From Chara braunii (Eukaryota > Plantae > Charophyceae): a stretch of 64,000 nt of DNA. Below are positions 1 to 13,000 of the stretch, in pieces. The notes beneath the pieces are model-generated. The model was not told the origin of the DNA and did not search any database. It was given only the letters and a program-made list of their open reading frames with translations. The stretch lies in contig BFEA01000008.1 of NCBI GenBank assembly GCA_003427395.1, positions 710,244 through 774,243 on the forward strand, read 5' to 3'. The position numbers and the translations under genes are program-made. The first letter of the stretch is position 1, and each line of letters opens with the position of its first letter.

Positions 1-3000
1 ATATGCCGTGGTGACAGGCGGAATGTATGATTGGTGATGAGAGCATGCTGATGTGGCATTAGGCTGAGGTGGCACTGCATTGCGTTGTGGGTGGTACCAA
101 GGCCAAGACCGGTCATCAAATGCACACTCAGCTCAATTGGTGAGAAATCTGTGGTTGGGGGCAGCTATCTCCAGGTACGTTGTTCCCTTACCTTATCTAC
201 TCTCTCAATCTCTTCTTACCGTGAGGAAGTGATTCCAACTTGAGAGTCCTCTCTTTTGGTGAGGTGTCGAATGCGCGCTACCTTGAGAGACGACAATCTT
301 CCTGGAAGCATATGAATGGAGCATGGGCGATGCCTCTAAAGGGCCCTGGTAGAAGCACTTGGGTCACGGTCACAATGCCAACCCAATGGGAGTAGGTCAC
401 GCATGCGATGGCTGCTGTCCATTTCGGCACTTGCTGCGCTAAATAGAAGTCCTGCCGGGTGTGCCCTCCTTTTATGAGACGCTTACCAGACCGTCTATAA
501 ACATTTCTGGTTGGGGACTCGGATTGAATCTGGCTGTGATCGTCGTCCTGTCTGCGACGTTAAATAATTCCTGAAGAGATGGGGGCGCTCTATAAATTCC
601 TCCTGATCAGCCAGATCAACCGGGTGTAAGGCTCGTCCCGTACGAGGGTGAATAAGAGTGGACTGGCTGGCTTGCTCGGCAATGACTTGGGCACAGGGGT
701 GGGCCGAGAATTACACACGTAGACACCGCTGCTCGAGGACTGTGGTGAAGATACCTGCCGGACACATTTATTTTTAGAAAATTAGGTGCCGGTCAGACAC
801 ATGCTGTGGTAGGACTCCACTAGGGGGTTGTAGTGCAGATAATGTTTGCCTAGCTGTTGAGTCGGTCAGACAGCGATGAGGGTAGAGTTGACGATGAGAG
901 ACTCACGGTCGGAACTAAAGAAGAGTTTCGTTCGTGTTCTAGATTCTAGGTACGGAAGTCGAGCGACGGCTTAGGGCCGGAGAAAGAGCTCGTGCACGAG
1001 CAGCAGTTGAGAGAGCAGCAAGGGAAGTTGCACAGCTGGCAACAGCAGCTAACGTAGCACCTAGACAGGCCGCCGCAGCTGCAAGGGCTACCGCAGCAGC
1101 ATCCAATGCTGGCCTCTCATCTGGGACCTCGTCTGGGACACAGTTGGGAATGCTCACCTGGTCCCCGGGCATCTCTAGTACCGTAGTTTCTGTAGTCTCC
1201 ACCAGTCAAATGGTGGGCTCGCAGTTAAGCCTGTTGACCCCACGCCAGCGGGAGTTGAGGGAACTCCAGCAAGTCGAAAGGATCCATGCACGGCTAGTAA
1301 GGGAACTTCAGGAAGCCACAGAGAGAAAGAGAGATAGGAGAGTCAGGTTGGAGAGAGTAGAGGCCAACAAAACTGCGTTAGAGGCAACAGACGAGGCAGT
1401 GATGTTTGACCCAATGAAGGTGTTGAGGTCTAGTTTGCTCACACTACACGCACGCGTAGTCAACAAAGAGGACTTAATGCAAGACACCTTGGATTAGACA
1501 TTGAATCAGTTGCAGGAGCTAAGCTCTAGGCTGCTCGCAGTTTATAAATCACCACTCCCTAAGATGGCAGTTATAGGCATCTATCCCCAAGCTGGCACAC
1601 AACCAAGCGGTTCGTCAGCAGCAGCAGCACAGACTGTAGCTTCTTCTTCTTCTAGTCAGGCGGTGACAACTACTCAATCACCGCCACAACAACCTGTTCC
1701 ACCACAGGAACAGCAGCAAGTTCGTTGTTCTCAAAGACCCCAAAGAGGGCTCCCCTTCCTTACACAAGTGAAAAGGGAGGAGGATCTCAATCTCAGGATG
1801 AGATCGTTTNCGATGTGGGTGAGGGCCAAGAGAACCTTGCCGGAAGAGGAAATGATACTGGCTTAGTGTGTTTGTAGCGAAAGTCTGATATGGAGGACGC
1901 ATAGGAGTTTGGGGTAAGACCCTATCTCTAAGAAGAATTCATCGACAGGGTAGAAGCTCGCTGGCACAATCTAGTCAGGGAGTTTACGACTACCGTTGAG
2001 AATCTCATGGTTGTCCCAGGCATTCGCTAATTCTCCCAGAGAGACTGAGAACACAAGTTGGCATATCATTCTTCAGTAAACGGAAGAAGAAAGGAGAGTC
2101 CACATGAGTGGAAGAAGAAAGGTAGACGAATGATGAAGTCAATGACCTTTCCGACCTGGTGGACACTAGAGGATGCGGTGAGGACTATGCTGGGGGTAGC
2201 ACCCTTGCCGCGGTATAAAAAAGGGCCAAGGCGGATGGCCGAATGAAGGGCCATCAAAAGAGTCAAGGGCAGGCCGCCTACAATCAGTCTAAAGTGAGCT
2301 TGCATTAACTAGGTGAAAATGAGCACACCCTGCATAAGTGCAAGAATGCGAAGGTCACACAGAAGATACCCCTAAGAGAGGGGTACCTTCTTCCCAAGCT
2401 TCTAGCTGGGGAAACATGTGAGGCCGGTGGAAGTTTTAGCTGCTTCTACTCATGGTGAAGTGGGAATACCCTCCCCACTTCATGAGTTGGCCAAGGCTAA
2501 TGACTCTTTAGTCATCCCGCAGACTCATCTAGACCAAAATGTGCTTTGTACATTAGATGTGTCTGCGGCCTTAGAGGATTCGCAGAGTGAGTGGTCAGAC
2601 AGGGACCCTTGAGAATCCTGGGTGGCACAAAGTGGTGGTCCTAGAAGTGTGTGGAAGTTGGTGTAGGAGGCCGCAAATGTGGTGCCTTCGTTGACATTGG
2701 CTCCACGCGGAACTACATAAGTTTTGACTATATGGAAAGGCTGTTCCATAGGACCAGGTACAACACCTTAGTAGACTGGTAGCATCTACTTCGGCCAACG
2801 ACGAGCACTTCGTAGTGAGTGAAAGACTATGTCTAAAGGACGTAGTCTAGACCTTCTCTTTTGGAGGAGGGGAACTTAATCATAGGATTTCGTTCCATAT
2901 TAGTGACGAGTTGTCAATCAACATGCTGTTAGGAATGTACTACCTTGAGGCTGCCAAGCCCCAGTTGGACTGGGACAAGAAAGTGCTGAAGCACGAGTCG

Positions 3001-5603
3001 CGTGATAGGAGAACCATTAGACTAGCTAAGAGAGAAGCTAGTAGGTTGTTTGAGTTCTATGCGTGCTTATGAACAGCAACGTTCTATAATACAAAACCAA
3101 GAGGAAGGCATGTACCTATTTTATATCGTCGCTAAGTTCCTTGATCTGTTCAAGAAACCCACGAGTCGTTGAAAGGGAGATGGTCCACACCCTAGAAATA
3201 ATTCCAAGGAGTAAAACCCCAAAAAAGGAAGAATCTATAGGATGGCCTTGGCCGAGAGGGACGAACTCTATCGACAACTGAAGGAGCTGACAGAAAAAGG
3301 GATGTATACGGCCTAGTACTTCTCCCTTCGGATCCGCAGTGTTGTCGGTAACGAAGGAGGGAGAAAGTTTGAGGATGCGCTTTGATTATAGAGGCCTCAA
3401 AGCCATCATAGTGAAGAACACAGAGCCTCTAAGTGGCTAGTATTAGGGACTGGCCACATCCTCAGAGGCTGACTGAGGTTAGATCTTCCTTAGGAATGAG
3501 CGGCTACTATAGGAGTTTCGTAAAGAACTATTCTATAGTCGTCTCTCCTTTTATAGATCATACTCGACTTGACACCTCATGGGACTGGAGTGATGAGTGC
3601 GAGGCTGCCTTCAAATGATTGAAGCACGCACTCATGAATCACGAGTTTCTCATGATTCCCGATCCTCAGAGGCCATTTATAGTAACCACTGACGCTAACC
3701 ATTATGGGATTGGCACAGTGCTGGCCCAGCAGGCAGGGAAGAAGTTGAGGCCGATTGAGTATGAGCAAAAGGATGTCATCTAAGAAGTTGGCTAAGTCCA
3801 CTTAAGAGAGGGAACTCTATACCCTATACAAGGTTGTAATCCACTAGAAACACTACCTGTTGGGTAGATTCTTCTACTCAAGGACTGATCATCAGATTCT
3901 AAAGTGGACTAAAGACTCAACTTGTTCTCTCCAATGCCCTCAAACAATTGAAGGGGGAGGATAACAAGTTGCTGATGCGCTGTCATGTAGGGCACTAGCT
4001 TCTGAATTTGGCATATCTCACGAGCTAACTCAATCGATGGTGGAAGCCTACCGGAAAGACCATCTCCTGATGGATTATGCTTTCTGGATAAGGCAGGGAA
4101 TAAAAGGTTAGTTGATCCATCACGGTAAGTCTAGGATGTAGCGGGGAATGATTTGGATGATCCATCCTACGTTATGCGTATCCCTGATCACCTGCGCACT
4201 ACCCAGTTTTTCACGCCTCAAAGCTTGCACTTTTCGTTGAGACAGATCAATTCCCTTCAAGGAGATCGATGCTGCCCCCCAACCATAGATGGCCACATGG
4301 ACGACGACATTCTGGAGCATAGAGACATGCCTGTCCCAAGACTTCTGGGCAGAGAAAGACCACCAAAACCCAGATGACTATATTGGATCAGATTCAGGCG
4401 TCATACTGATCCTAAAGAAGATCGTTGGTACACTGGAGAGTAGCTGCTTCAGACAGCACCTCAGGTGGCTGAACATGAAAGACAGCTCAAGGGGAAGGCA
4501 CCTGCGAAGTAAGCATCTCAGCGGACTTTCGAAGCTAAGGGGGATGGAATGTGAGGATTGAGCCCTCAAGAAGGGGCCTTGCTATGATGTACATGTTCTG
4601 GGCTAAGGCCCCAGCAAGACTAGTGCCCGCCCTAAAAGAAGGCGGGCCAGCAAATCAACAAGAGCCCTCTGTGCAAACATTTCCCAAATTCGGGGTCCAT
4701 ACAGTTGCAGCACGCCAGTTGGTTGGAGTGCACCGAGTCTCGAATCTCTGCAAATGTGGAGATCCCAGGGCCTCTGAGTTAGTTAGGCCCTGGGCACTTG
4801 AACGTGAGGCCGACAATGCATGCTGGGTATAGAGGNCGAAAATGCCAAAGGGAAATCGGCCCACTATCTGAATCTGGCCACAGGCCTTGNTGAAAGAGGC
4901 GCAACTGCATTGCCCCGGGCCTCAACTGTATCGGGCTGGGTTCAGCCACTGGGGCCCAGTCGCAGGCTGAAGGGAGGCCGCCCACACGCAGCACTGGCAT
5001 ATAGGCAAGCAGGGCGAGTGGGCAGGCATCTTTGGCCAATGCGGTCATTGCCGGCACGCTGCGCGAATGCGAGCAGCTGCGCTGCTGGCCTGCGCTAGGC
5101 GGAGGTGAGAGACAGGCATGCGCTAGGCGGTAGGGCGCTGCCTGTGGGCGCAAGGCACTGGCGGCCATAGCCGGGCTGCCTGTGTGCGCAGAAGAGGTGA
5201 GGGCGAAGGTGGTTCTTCGAAGGTGAAGGGCGCTGTGTGGGTAACAAGGGAGAGTGTGGGTGAAGAGGACACGTACCTGGTGGAGGTGGAGGTCGGCATT
5301 GGTGTTGACATCATCACTCGCTGGTAGTCAAGTTGTCTGGTTGCTTTCATTGCTGTAGTTGTAGGCGTAGTCTGTAGAGTAGATAGGGCGCCTGGCGCCA
5401 TTCACAAGAGAGAGCTACATTGGGTTATGNTGTTGGTGTTGCCCTGTTGGGCTTGGACATTGACTCACGATCCTTCTGTATCATTCTCAATTGGATGGTT
5501 ACTCGGTTCCATTGTGCTCTCTGCTCTGGCCTTGACTACTTGGACTGCAGTGTGATTTTGCATTCTGGATTTCTGTGCTTCGTCCATACTCATGTTCCTT
5601 GCA
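1..5603 (+). mobile_element. Degenerate Ty3/Gypsy (chromovirus-like) LTR retrotransposon, family B; 5' LTR and PBS lie upstream of the window
   Basis: Fragmented gag (~950-2400); protease/RT remnants (PSTSPFGSAVL..., DYRGL; 3000-3430); RT-end/RNase H (ASIRDWPHP..., PFIVTTDA; 3430-3990); chromodomain-like YWIRFRRHTDPKEDRW (~4380-4430); PPT aagggggatggaa at 4537-4549; 3' LTR. Collinear with the element at 34565-40649. Confidence 0.9.
4550..5603 (+). repeat. 3' LTR, family B (TG...CA)
   Basis: Starts tgtgagg immediately after the PPT. Ends actcatgttccttgca, matching the LTR end next to the PBS at 39717. Confidence 0.8.
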
Positions 5604-6640
5604 TTATCATCTGAATTCTCAAATCTTAGGGATACATGCTTTCATATTGACCAAGCGGGGTTCATCCCAGGGGAGGTATATGGTAGACAGTTTGTTGTAA
5701 TGAAATGAAGCCTCCAGAAAAGCTATAGAGAAGAAGCTGAAAACTGCCATCCTATGGTTCAACTTCGAGAAAGCATATGACCAAGTAAATTGGGCGTTTC
5801 TGAACGTAATGGTAGTCGGGCCTAGCTTTGGGAAGTCGGTGGAAGTACTATATAATGACACGTCAGGCTGTGTGCAGGTCAATGACCTTCTTCCACAATG
5901 CTACCCCATTTCAAGTTCTTTCAGACAAGGAGATCCTCTAGCCCCACAAGTTCTCCTCTTTGTCATGGAAGCAATAGCCTACACAAAAGATGCGTTGATT
6001 CAAAAAAATATCCCTGAACTTAAATTCGGGTGCTCCTCACCAGCTGACATTCCCTAAAATAATCATGTTCGCCAACGACCTGACTGACTTGATCTTCTGA
6101 CTTGTTAATCAAAGCGTTGACCAGGGTAATGGGAGCATTCAGATGGGCTCCGGAAATGAAAATAACCATCGAGAGAAGGGGCAACCGCAGTCAGCCCTTG
6201 ACAGCCCTGCTTGGATGAGCGTCATCGATTAACACATTTATCCATCTTGATGGTTCCAGATCACTCCATTGCAGAACTGAACAGGAAAGCGAGAGCATAC
6301 TTACAGTGGGCTGGTGACCCTAACAAGGAGTTATACATACCAAAACAATCATGGGAGTGATGGCACTATATTACGAGGAGGCCATCTGCTGGGAGATTAG
6401 AAACCCTCGAGCCGAAACAAGAAACAAAAGCTCTTCTGGTAAAGTTGATTATGATATTGCTAACTGAACAGAATGTAGCCTGGTCCAATCTAGCAAGAGA
6501 CAGCATCAGATTTGACTCCACAGCCCGAGGAAAGGTAGAAGAAGATGGGTGAGAGGCGCACCTCCAGATGAAAATCCAACAGCCTTACCTCACTGGACAG
6601 CTTTTGTCAGAATTTGGAGATCAATAATGCCCCAGACGGT
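5604..6640 (+). pseudogene. L1-clade LINE ORF2 remnant (reverse transcriptase), cut at its 5' side by the Gypsy LTR
   Basis: Motifs DQAGFIPGR, FNFEKAYDQVNW, RQGDPLAP and MFANDL. Downstream ELNRKARAYL...EPKQETKAL is homologous to the L1 at 33200-33420. Confidence 0.85.
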
Positions 6641-6875
6641 GAGCCCGGTAGGATGCTGCGAGTGGATGTGCTGAGTGCTCTGGTGTTCGGCGTTAACCCA
6701 CTGCACTAGCGCAACACCCATGACCCCACATCGATTTTCAATTCTGATTTCCAGCACCAAAAAAAAAAAAAATTTATTCAGGGATGTAGATTGGGTTCCA
6801 CTGCATCAGGGAGAACGAATTAAAACAGAAACAAAAATCATTTCACTCATTCAGTGATTTCACCAAATTCACCTA

Positions 6876-7140
6876 CAAAACATTCGTTTGTCAAAACGAA
6901 TGCATATTTCCATCGAAGTCCATGTGACCTGGTGGGAGTGACTGTTTAGGGTGGCCAGGCACGGGCAGGCTTTTTTTTGTGGTTCTTTAAAATAGATTTG
7001 TTTGCACACAAAAAACATTCTCATGTCAAACCGAATGCATATTTCCATCAAAGTCCACGTGACCTGGCAGGAGTGACGTTTTAGGGTGGACAGGCCTGGG
7101 CAGGCTGTTCTTTTTGGTGCTTTAAAATAGATTCGTTTGC
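6876..7140. repeat. Diverged tandem duplication, ~135 bp x2
   Basis: aaaacattc...gaatgcatatttccatc...tttaaaatagatt occurs twice. Confidence 0.8.
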
Positions 7141-7500
7141 GCTGCTGGCTTATATATAAGAAGAAAGGAGAGTGTGATCAGACATGATTAAGGTGGAATT
7201 GTGGTTCACCGTTGATATCGTTCAATGAAATGAACCAAGTACTTGTCAAGTTCCACCTTGCAAAATCAATGAACATTCACATGGGAGTTCACACGTGAGA
7301 AGCCCAAACTGAGACACAATACACACATGAAGATGTCGTCTCCAAAATTATTATCAATATACAAGAGGTGTTCGTCTTCGGCGGCCCTGCCGCACACACA
7401 CACACACAAGCACACACACAACGAATCTCAACCAGACAGCAGCTATGGCTTCTCTCTCTCCCTCTCTCTCTGTCTGCTAGTCTTGCTTCTCTCTCTGACT

Positions 7501-7502
<2 letters not shown>

Positions 7503-7578
<76 letters not shown>
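7503..7578. repeat. (CT)n microsatellite
   Basis: Seen directly. Confidence 0.95.
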
Positions 7579-7579
<1 letters not shown>

Positions 7580-7611
7580 ACACCCTGGATACACCCATTC
7601 GGGTGAGCTTC

Positions 7612-8925
7612 TGAAACGGTTTTCACCTTTTAGCAATAGCGGATGCAGTACCCAGGGTTCGATCCCTAGACCTCACCCTACCCATGTACAGTATCTGTGT
7701 AGACCCCGAGAATTGAACCTGTGACCTGTGTATTCGTAGGCAGTTGGTAGACCTGTAGTAGGTCCATAGACAGCAGGGGTTCGATCTGTAGGTCTATAGC
7801 GTAGGAGTCTTAGTGAGTTCTGGAAGCTTAGCTGTAGTCCTTCTAGAAGNNNNNNNNNNNNNNNNNNNNNNNNNNNNNNNNNNNNNNNNNNNNNNNNNNN
7901 NNNNNNNNNNNNNNNNNNNNNNNNNNNNNNNNNNNNNNNNNNNNNNNNNNNNNNNNNNNNNNNNNNNNNNNNNNNNNNNNNNNNNNNNNNNNNNNNNNNN
8001 NNNNNNNNNNNNNNNNNNNNNNNNNNNNNNNNNNNNNNNNNNNNNNNNNNNNNNNNNNNNNNNNNNNNNNNNNNNNNNNNNNNNNNNNNNNNNNNNNNNN
8101 NNNNNNNNNNNNNNNNNNNNNNNNNNNNNNNNNNNNNNNNNNNNNNNNNNNNNNNNNNNNNNNNNNNNNNNNNNNNNNNNNNNNNNNNNNNNNNNNNNNN
8201 NNNNNNNNNNNNNNNNNNNNNNNNGGATATCCAGGGTGATCCAGTGTATGTGAACAGTGAGATGTTTGGGCGCTGAAGTCGCCATAGCCAATTGAGAGTG
8301 AACTCGTATCTGAAAGCCATATCTCTGAGTTTTGAGTGGGCGCATGTCGCCAGTATGCTGCGTTGCTGTTTACATGCATGAAAAGTGTGTTTGAGAACGA
8401 GTCTGATTGCACTTCCACCTTGGTGGCTATGGCTGCTCTCCTCCTACGCTACCTCTAACCTAACTACGAGCGCCGCCTTCTTCCTCATGTGCGAAATGCC
8501 AAAGTTGCCTTAACGCACAAGCAGCAGCAGTGCTTCCGCATCTCGCAAAATGAACAAGTGATGAGCCGCTGCACTGTAGCAGCTAAATATATGACTTGGA
8601 TTGGATTGGCCTGCTTCAGACCGGTACCGGTTGCCACGGCCTGTCTGTTGCAAACATTTTGTCGGTTCGGTGGCCTCCGGACTTTCCTGGGACATGATGC
8701 AAAATTGGACTTGCGACTGTTGGACTGGACCGGACTCTTCAAGACCTTTCTTGTTGGGTGCCGGACGGGCTTCTACCAACCTACGACGTTTTGGTACTGA
8801 CTCCTGTCGTCCTACGATGCTTCAACCTACGGACCCTACGGCCTACCCTACTGGGACAGCCTGGGACTGAGATACTTCGGAACTCTGGGACTGGGACTGG
8901 GGTGTCTAAAGCGTGAATCCTTTCA
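7612..8925 (+). repeat. LTR-like repeat, family C (contains an N-gap)
   Basis: TGAAA...TTTCA inverted termini. 8440-8925 is homologous to 48100-48565 and both end gcgtgaa(a)tcctttca. No TSD seen. Confidence 0.55.
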
Positions 8926-9873
8926 TCAACCCCTCAATTCTGGGAAGTTGGTGTTGGTTTGGGTATAGTGTCAGGCATCTTGCCCATGTGATGTCCTGGT
9001 AATGGCTGCCAGCATACGATCCCTAGTTAGCCCCGTAACTCCCAGGGTGTTCATAGGCCATATTGTTGCTGTCATAATGAATCCAGGGGTTCCAGTCTGG
9101 TCCAAGCCCAAACTGCCTGTGCAGCCCTTAGTTGCCGTTATCAAATCTGAATCGCCCCTTAGCAGATCCTTCCTCACTCCCTCGGTACTGCGGGAAGGTG
9201 AGGGCAGCATGTGGGTGAAGATGCCACCAACTTTGCAGGCAAAGACCAGAAAGGTAGCCAGTACTTGCAACAGCTCTGTCCATGTTGTTTCTGCTCATGC
9301 TACTGCATCTTGACTGGGAGCCTAGGAAGACCTGGCCACAGTAAGTTGTTATGCAAGACCCAAAGCAGTAGAGAATATTAGGAAAGTATGAGATGCTATG
9401 ATTGAGCAAGTGAACAAGCAATGCTGCAGGTGTGAGGCTGAGGAAGAACGAAAATAGACTTTGGAAGTTTGGAGGCCTTGCGAGGTGGCTGCTGCAGCCA
9501 TAGGAGCAAGGATTTAAACCTCTGTGCTCTGGAGGCCATTATTTCCATGTTGTTACGTCAGTTTGGCCCTCTTTATCACCAGCTTTGACTCCTGTCTTCG
9601 TCTGGATTGAGGGGACGGGGAAAAGGTGGTCTGATCGTCCTGGATAGGAAGCTAAAAAGTTTAGTGAACTGACCATCGTAGATACTGCACTTGGTCAAAC
9701 AGCGGGGAAATGTACTCTAGATGTACTGCTCAATCACACTCAGCAAGGGAATGTGAAATGTGTTGGCATGATAATCCAGGGAGAATTTCAGGGTTTGTGG
9801 GAAATGTACTTTAGCTGTACTACTCAATCACACTCAGCAAGAGAATGTGTAATGTGTTGCCATGATAATCCAG

Positions 9874-10030
9874 GGAGAATCTCGGGGTTAGAATGGTGAG
9901 AGCCATCCACGCAGAGGCAATTTCTCAGGACGAGTCTGAGACTATTGAAGATGTCAACATGCCCATGGCTGAAACTGCGGTTGTTGCGCTTGGGGAGGTG
10001 GCAACAGCAAGTGCAAAAGTTGAAGATCAG
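9874..10030 (+). CDS. ATM: ATM exon ([12 protein letters not shown]...[16 protein letters not shown])
   Basis: ccag| acceptor, cag|gtgagt donor, open frame; an alternative in-frame acceptor lies at 9928. Confidence 0.8.
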
Positions 10031-13000
10031 GTGAGTCTAGGATCCTTGGTGAATTGAAAGATGTGACATAAGTTTCATTGTCATTGTGCCTGTGGAGAGC
10101 ACGAACATGGCCACTACTGAGTCGGGTTCATTCTTTCCAAGCATGAGCATAGCACCAGCGGGGCCTGACCCGCAGCCTTCCAAACAGTATTGCCTGAAAA
10201 GAGTTGCTGCTGAGTCACGCCTGGACTGTTGCTTACCTGTGGCACATGCATTAATTCTCAGCCTCAATGAGCAGTATAGTGTGTTGGACTAGTGTTGAGT
10301 GTATTGGCTGCTGCTGATGGCCTGTCATGGTCCTTCGAGGTCATTATTTGCTGCTTGTGATCATGCTCTTTGTGAATGACCAGAATCTTGGTAAGTAAAT
10401 CAGTAGGATTTGAATGAATGGTGTAATTATGGTGATGCTCTCTTGAAATCAGAAATCTATAAGGGATAAGATTGTATACTCCGGATGGCTTTCGTTCAAT
10501 AGCCACCCATTTGGAAACCCTTCCCTGAAAGCCTCTTCTTTGTGAAGTCCAGAGTGTGGAACGACTTCTCTTCTAAACCCAACCCTTTCTCTTGGCAGCG
10601 TTATCAGTACGTATCCATGTGGATGCATGCCAAGTTCCTGTGAAAGCGCACTTCAGCTGATGGGAATTAGTCTGTTTTTTGCTACCTTGACTATATCCAC
10701 TGTTTGCAGACACCGATGTGGAGCCTGGCTGCGTGCAGATATGGCCTTAGCCAGCAAGAAATCAATGAGACAGAGTGAAACAAACAATTTTTTAACAAAG
10801 CGCATTACTCAATAGTAGTTGGTGTTTAATACTGTTTATTCAACTTTATTGTCATTTAAGTCCAGTCTAATCACATGCGGTTGTGAAGGCAAAGATGCCT
10901 GGCTGGAAGGAAGCTTATAATGTGCCTGGCCGTGTTACTGTTATGCCTTTCACACTGCATGACATGTTTTTCTCATCTAAATGTTGACAGATGCATAATG
11001 ATGGTGGTATTCACCATGTTCACATCAGAATGTGCTTGGGCATAGTAGAAGATTGTGTTGGGATCGCAGGATATGAACCTGCCACCTGCCGAAGTATTTG
11101 CTGTATTTCAGGTGTCTGTTGTTTTTCTTCTGCCAGGATTTGAACCTGGAATCAAACGAAGTAAGTTTCTGAAGCTGGTGAGTTTTGAGCTCGGGACCTG
11201 GTGAGTTTTGAGCTCGGGACCTGCCTGAAGTCTCTGTTTGCCGAGCATTGTGGTAGGCAGCTACTGTAGGCCCAGGCAAGTAGAGCTCCTTGAAAGTGAC
11301 TAGTTCGGACAAACCTTTGTTCACTATTCAGCCGTCATATTTTGCTCCTTTGTGAGACCATAGGTGCGCTACATTAAGCACTGCTTGACGGGAGAGAGAG
11401 TGCAGCGCTGGCCAGTGAGAACTGGCTATTCACTGGGCAGTTTCGTGAGCCAATTGTTGCATGTTGCTCAGGAAGGAAGGGCACCCAATTCTACATCACC
11501 TATTTCTGTTTTCATCGACTTTTTGGGGAGTGATTGTCGAATTCTGATGTATGTGGCATCTCAATCAAGTGTGTGAATGAGATGATTGATGGAAGCACTT
11601 GAGATTCTTAGAATTCGTAACAACTGAGAACTCTACATATCACAGACGTTTCCCCTCTGCTGATTCACGAAGCTTCCTCCATTGCTAGGAAGCCAGAGCA
11701 GTATTGGCAGGCCGGCTCATGGTGACATGCAAAGTCATTCTTGATCAGATCCTCAGTGGACGTTCACCTTGTCTCATAGCTCCAAATGTGGCCATTTCAA
11801 GTACCCGTTTCACCTTGTTTTATAGCTGCAAATTATGCCACCTCGTGCTGCACTTTTATAAGCATGCATCCTTCAAATTGTGAACCTGCGGGGTTTAGTG
11901 GATATGAATAACACACTCCACGTTTGCTTTGCAGGTTGTGTTCATGCTTTGTGCTCATGCTGGGCTACGACCTCAGCAAAGGTAAGCATACTTGAGGGAT
12001 CGCTTGGTGTTTATCATTGACCTCCTGAAATAATATGATGTAGGTAGTGCAAGCTATTGAATCTTGAATCCGCTTGGGGAAAATAGTTGTAGCTTTGTCA
12101 GAACACCATGTACTATTCCTCTTGAAGAGGCCCCCATGGGTTTCCAGACACATGCCAATCTTCTGTGATGTGGAATGAAAGCTTACCAAGTGGCGAAGGA
12201 AGAGGGATCAGTTTACAGGCTAACTGTGGATGACCGAAGGCTGAAGAGCTCCTGGCCACAGGAAAAAGCCCTCCCAAAGGGGAGACATCATGCTTGTCAA
12301 TTCACCATATATCCATGAGCAATCTTATACTTGGCTTGATCGATTATGTGCCAAGGCCTGCTGTGCTATACACTCTGACCATGGGCACGGGCGACCTACT
12401 GGCAGCTGGGGGCCTGGTGCCAGCGCAAAGTTCTCCCACCTCCCCTCCCCCCCCACGCACACACCCTCCCCCCCCCACGCACACACCCATTATGAGGCTG
12501 GGAGCTGGGTCCGTTGTCTCTCACATATATGACACACTCCACGCTTCCTTCATTGTGGATGGACCCTGAGACACGATGTTGATTGCTCCTTCTCTGGGAG
12601 GATTTACCGCTGCTCTACCCGTGTGTGGTTCACCCCAACAGGTCCTCTGATCCCCTTGGGATGCCTTATCGCAGTGCACACCTCAAGACTCGAGAGTTTA
12701 TCGCGTCAGAGGTATTAGGCTGCAGAAATTGCTCAGAGTGCCTTCTATGGGAGGGTTTACAGCTGCTCTATCTATGGCCTCCTGTCCTCTTGCTGAGCCT
12801 GTGGCTACTTCGCTGCCTTAATGGCGGAGTTGGTGATGGCAAAGAATTTTGGGCATTGCAATTTGGGTGATCTTTTGTGCACAATAGGCTCAGCGAAAAA
12901 TTCTGAAAAAAGTGTCGATGTAAATCAACTGCCAATCTGTTAGGGAAAAATATCCAAAAGAAAAAAATGAAAGCCATGGAATGGCATGGGTGTGAAAATT

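Noticed and set aside
6693-6712. piggyBac left end (TTAA-CCCACTGCAC)
   Set aside because: No matching right end or transposase was found.
9705-9870. Tandem RanBP2-type zinc fingers (ECEMC/ECVMC)
   Set aside because: They require several frameshifts, and the sequence is a duplicated intron end/acceptor.
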